Assembly (NCBI GenBank): GCA_022813965.1
Contig: JALDZS010000061.1
Coordinates: 1 to 64,000, forward strand
Direction of reading: 5' to 3'
Origin: Toensbergia leucococca
Taxonomy: Eukaryota
Length of the DNA: 64,000 nucleotides
Made by a program: the position numbers and the translations under genes. Numbering within the stretch: position 1 is the first letter of the stretch; each line of letters starts with the position of its first letter. Positions 61,646 to 64,000 of the stretch are shown piece after piece. The notes below the pieces were generated by a model. That model had not been told where the DNA came from and searched no databases. It saw only the letters and a list, made by a program, of their open reading frames with translations.

Positions 61646-61712
61646 AGGAGAAGGGAGTTTGTTGTATTGCGCGTGGCCCTGATGGATGCAAGGGAACGCG
61701 CCAAAGCTGTGA
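61638..61712 (+). other. PGK1: Cryptic alternative intron (61638-61692) plus terminal exon encoding the PTS1-like ..RNAPKL* of PGK1
   Basis: GTAAGT donor overlapping AGT-AAG-TAG, CTGAT branch site 61679-61683, AAG acceptor 61690-61692; the spliced frame ends CCA AAG CTG TGA. Confidence 0.7.
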
Positions 61713-61955
61713 AATAAGCTTTGAATTAGCTATAGCATGGTCTGCTCGAAGGTTTTGCCAGTACATAGTGTTTATTTTCTGTACCTCTGTGCAAGAGACC
61801 TCACATCTCAACTCCCTCCCCCCTCTCCACATCAAGAGGCATGAGCTTAGCCATTCGAGACCACTTCAATTCCTCACCAGTGTTCTCCGTACCAGATGTA
61901 GCACGACAACGCACCCATCTATCTTTCCCAACGCCTCATCAAGACCCCTCCGCCC

Positions 61956-62399
61956 TCACTTATTCCCTTTAACCTTCTCCAACTCGGCCCTGAACCACAC
62001 AATCATCAACTCTATCCACTCTGCCAAGATCCCCATCCGAAGGACAACCAAAAAAAACTCACTTCAACTGCTTCGAAAAATCCTCACTCGTATCATCATC
62101 ATCCCAGCTCTCCTCCCAAAGATGCGTATTCCCTTCCGGTATCTCGGCATCTTCTTGCGCCCAGTCTAAAAGTCCCGGCAATCGTCAGCCTTTGGGCAAT
62201 TTATTCGGTTGGGCGTCTGCGCATATATATGGAGGAGGAGGGGGAGAGGGTGGTTGGGAGGGAACTTGCCATCGATGGGAAAGTCTTCGAACTCGTCGTC
62301 CTCTTCTAGGGCGGTGGGGGGTTTTTGCTGGTCTTGTGGGGCGGTGGTGGACGAGGGGGGGGTTGTTTTGGTGGTGGGGGGTTGGGGTGGTGCGGACAT
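61956..62399 (-). CDS. SEM1: 26S proteasome lid / TREX-2 subunit (DSS1), 3 exons
   Basis: ALEEDDEFEDFPID|DW..HLWEESWDDDDTSEDFSKQL|xAELEKVKGNK*. Confidence 0.92.
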
Positions 62400-63051
62400 T
62401 TTGGTGTTTGGTCGTTGTGATAGGGTCTTAGTTTGGGAATGCGCGAAGGGGGATGATGTGGGAGGAGTGGATTAGCAGATAATAAAGAGTAGAGTGGTGG
62501 AGCTCTGGAATTCGCTGCAGATGCTGGAAGTGGTGCTTAGTCAAGTGTCATATCGAATCGGAGCAAAAAGCTTCATAAAGAAGCACCTTTCGTCGGCAAA
62601 TTGGACCCCGGTCTCCCGCGCTTCAGATCAAGGAAGATTGATTTGAGAAATCTTCTTCTTTTTTTATTTATTTTTTGGGACTGAAATACTGAAAAAGGCA
62701 TCAAGCCTTTTACTTCTGAGTGTTCAATTCTTCTTCATTTGTTTTCTTCAGATTCTCTATCATTATGCTAAAAGATTTATTCAACATATCAAATGAAATT
62801 GTTATGTATTCTAAATAGATAGAGCGCTTGCTCAAATCAGTACGGCGGGCTGACTACAACATTACACCTCCATTGTCACCCCACGTGAGCTTCTATCGTC
62901 CCTTCTTTCACCCATACACTCCTATGGAGCAGTGCCCCAAGGCTGTAGCTCATTATCAACGTTTTGCTTTACTCTGTTGGGCGGTTTTCTATGTCAAAGC
63001 ATCCCAGTAATCCTACCATCCGACGATTGACTAGGCAGCAAGAAAGCGACA

Positions 63052-64000
63052 ATGCTGCGAGGATGGCTCACACCGAAGAAGGCAGACTCCAATGCCTCAA
63101 CGCTGTCATTGAATGCCCTTGCAGAGCCCCAGAACTGTATAGTCTCAAACGCTTTCTCCTTTTAGAACGTGCTGACTTCACAACAGTGGAGGAATCCATG
63201 AGGGGTATGAGATCGCAAACCCTACGTCCTCAGCCCAGCACGGAATTAACTTGTAATGTTTCTTAGCGGCGACACATATCATGAATGATGATCTCGATTC
63301 TGCAGAAGCCGGATTGAGCAAAGGCAATTCCGCCTTCCACAAGGTATGCGCTTCTCTGTTTCTTTGCCCCGCTAAACCTATAGCTGATCCATTGGTAAAA
63401 GGGAACGTACGCTGATGGAGTCTATTTGGGTATCATATAGCTCGGGAAAGGTATGGTTGCATTCCTGAGAGCAGCACTGGGATTCGAGCCAGAAATAATA
63501 CGTGAAGGTTTGTGGAACCTCTCAATGAATTTTGGGCGAACCTAATGCAAACTGTCTTCTTAGCTTCAGAGCGGCTCGCAGATGCAGAAGCAACAGCCTC
63601 GAGTGACCAACGAAGAGCCCAGCGTGATCCAGATGCTTTCCGTTCGTCAATCTATCCTCTCGGATCGGAATTTGCCCTTTGTCATGCTGAATCGCAGCTG
63701 ATGAGTGCCGTCGTTGGTGTTCTCAACGAAAGCGTGACGGAGAGTCTAAAGGGTTTCTATAAACTGCGAAAGGCATTTATCACACTAGATGCAATACTTG
63801 AGGCAGAGAAGAAATACATACAGGGCGCATCTGGGGTAGGAATCAGCAAAAATAGGACATCGCTTGAGTCGTTGAGGTCGAATAGGGCCGCAAGATCGAT
63901 AAGGGACATTCCAGGGGACTTTGGCGACGAAGCAAAGAGCACATTGCAAAACCAAAAGCCATTACCTCGTGCAGTCAAAGACTTGAAAGGAAACGCGTTG
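63052..64000 (+). CDS. IML2: Inclusion-body clearance / mitochondrial outer membrane protein (TTC39 family), 5' part; runs off the window
   Basis: MLRGWLTPKK..AEPQNL|EESMRA|ATHIMNDDLDSAEAGL..FHK|LGKGMVAFLRAALGFEPEIIRE|ASERLADAE..SEFALCHAESQLMSAVVGVLNESVTESLKGFYKLRKAF. Missed by the ORF track. Confidence 0.88.

Noticed and set aside
61643..61717. Stop-codon readthrough of PGK1 as the route to a PTS1
   Set aside because: The context is TAG AGG, not the leaky TGA CTA, and the readthrough frame ends ..AKAVK*, which is not a PTS1. Splicing explains the PKL instead.
1..64000. CRISPR arrays, tRNA/rRNA genes, telomeric repeats, intact transposons
   Set aside because: No spaced direct-repeat array, cloverleaf with A/B boxes, (TTAGGG)n tract, transposase/RT ORF or TIR/LTR pair seen by eye; small RNAs could have been missed without a covariance-model scan.

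Overview
Eukaryotic, intron-rich DNA from a filamentous ascomycete (Pezizomycotina; a lichen-forming Lecanoromycete is only a guess). It carries about 23 intact or probably intact protein-coding genes. Most are housekeeping: ODC-type mitochondrial carrier, ankyrin protein, TRL1, GFA/Mss4-like protein, COX19, NPR3, BCKDH E2, Pol lambda, ATP10, HLTF/Rad5-like SNF2, CHD1, RLI1, PRP40, TRS65, Mpv17/PMP22, PGK1, SEM1 and a partial IML2. The rest are a solitary CYP65-like P450, an SDR, a BED+Zn2Cys6 transcription factor, a ~2,200-aa low-complexity WG/WxxF-motif protein and a heme-thiolate peroxygenase. Three decayed gene relics are present. I found no tRNA, rRNA, CRISPR array or intact transposon. 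The most notable hidden structure: (1) a cryptic 55-nt intron across the PGK1 stop codon that would create a peroxisomal ...APKL C-terminus; (2) at least nine symmetric C/A-rich to G/T-rich skew-switch domains that ignore gene orientation and rewrite codon usage; (3) a presequence-like 99-aa extension on tRNA ligase; (4) an uncharacterised giant protein with adaptor-binding-like motifs; (5) a possible alternative acidic C-terminal exon for RLI1. Exon boundaries were read by eye and family names come from motif recognition, not database searches.
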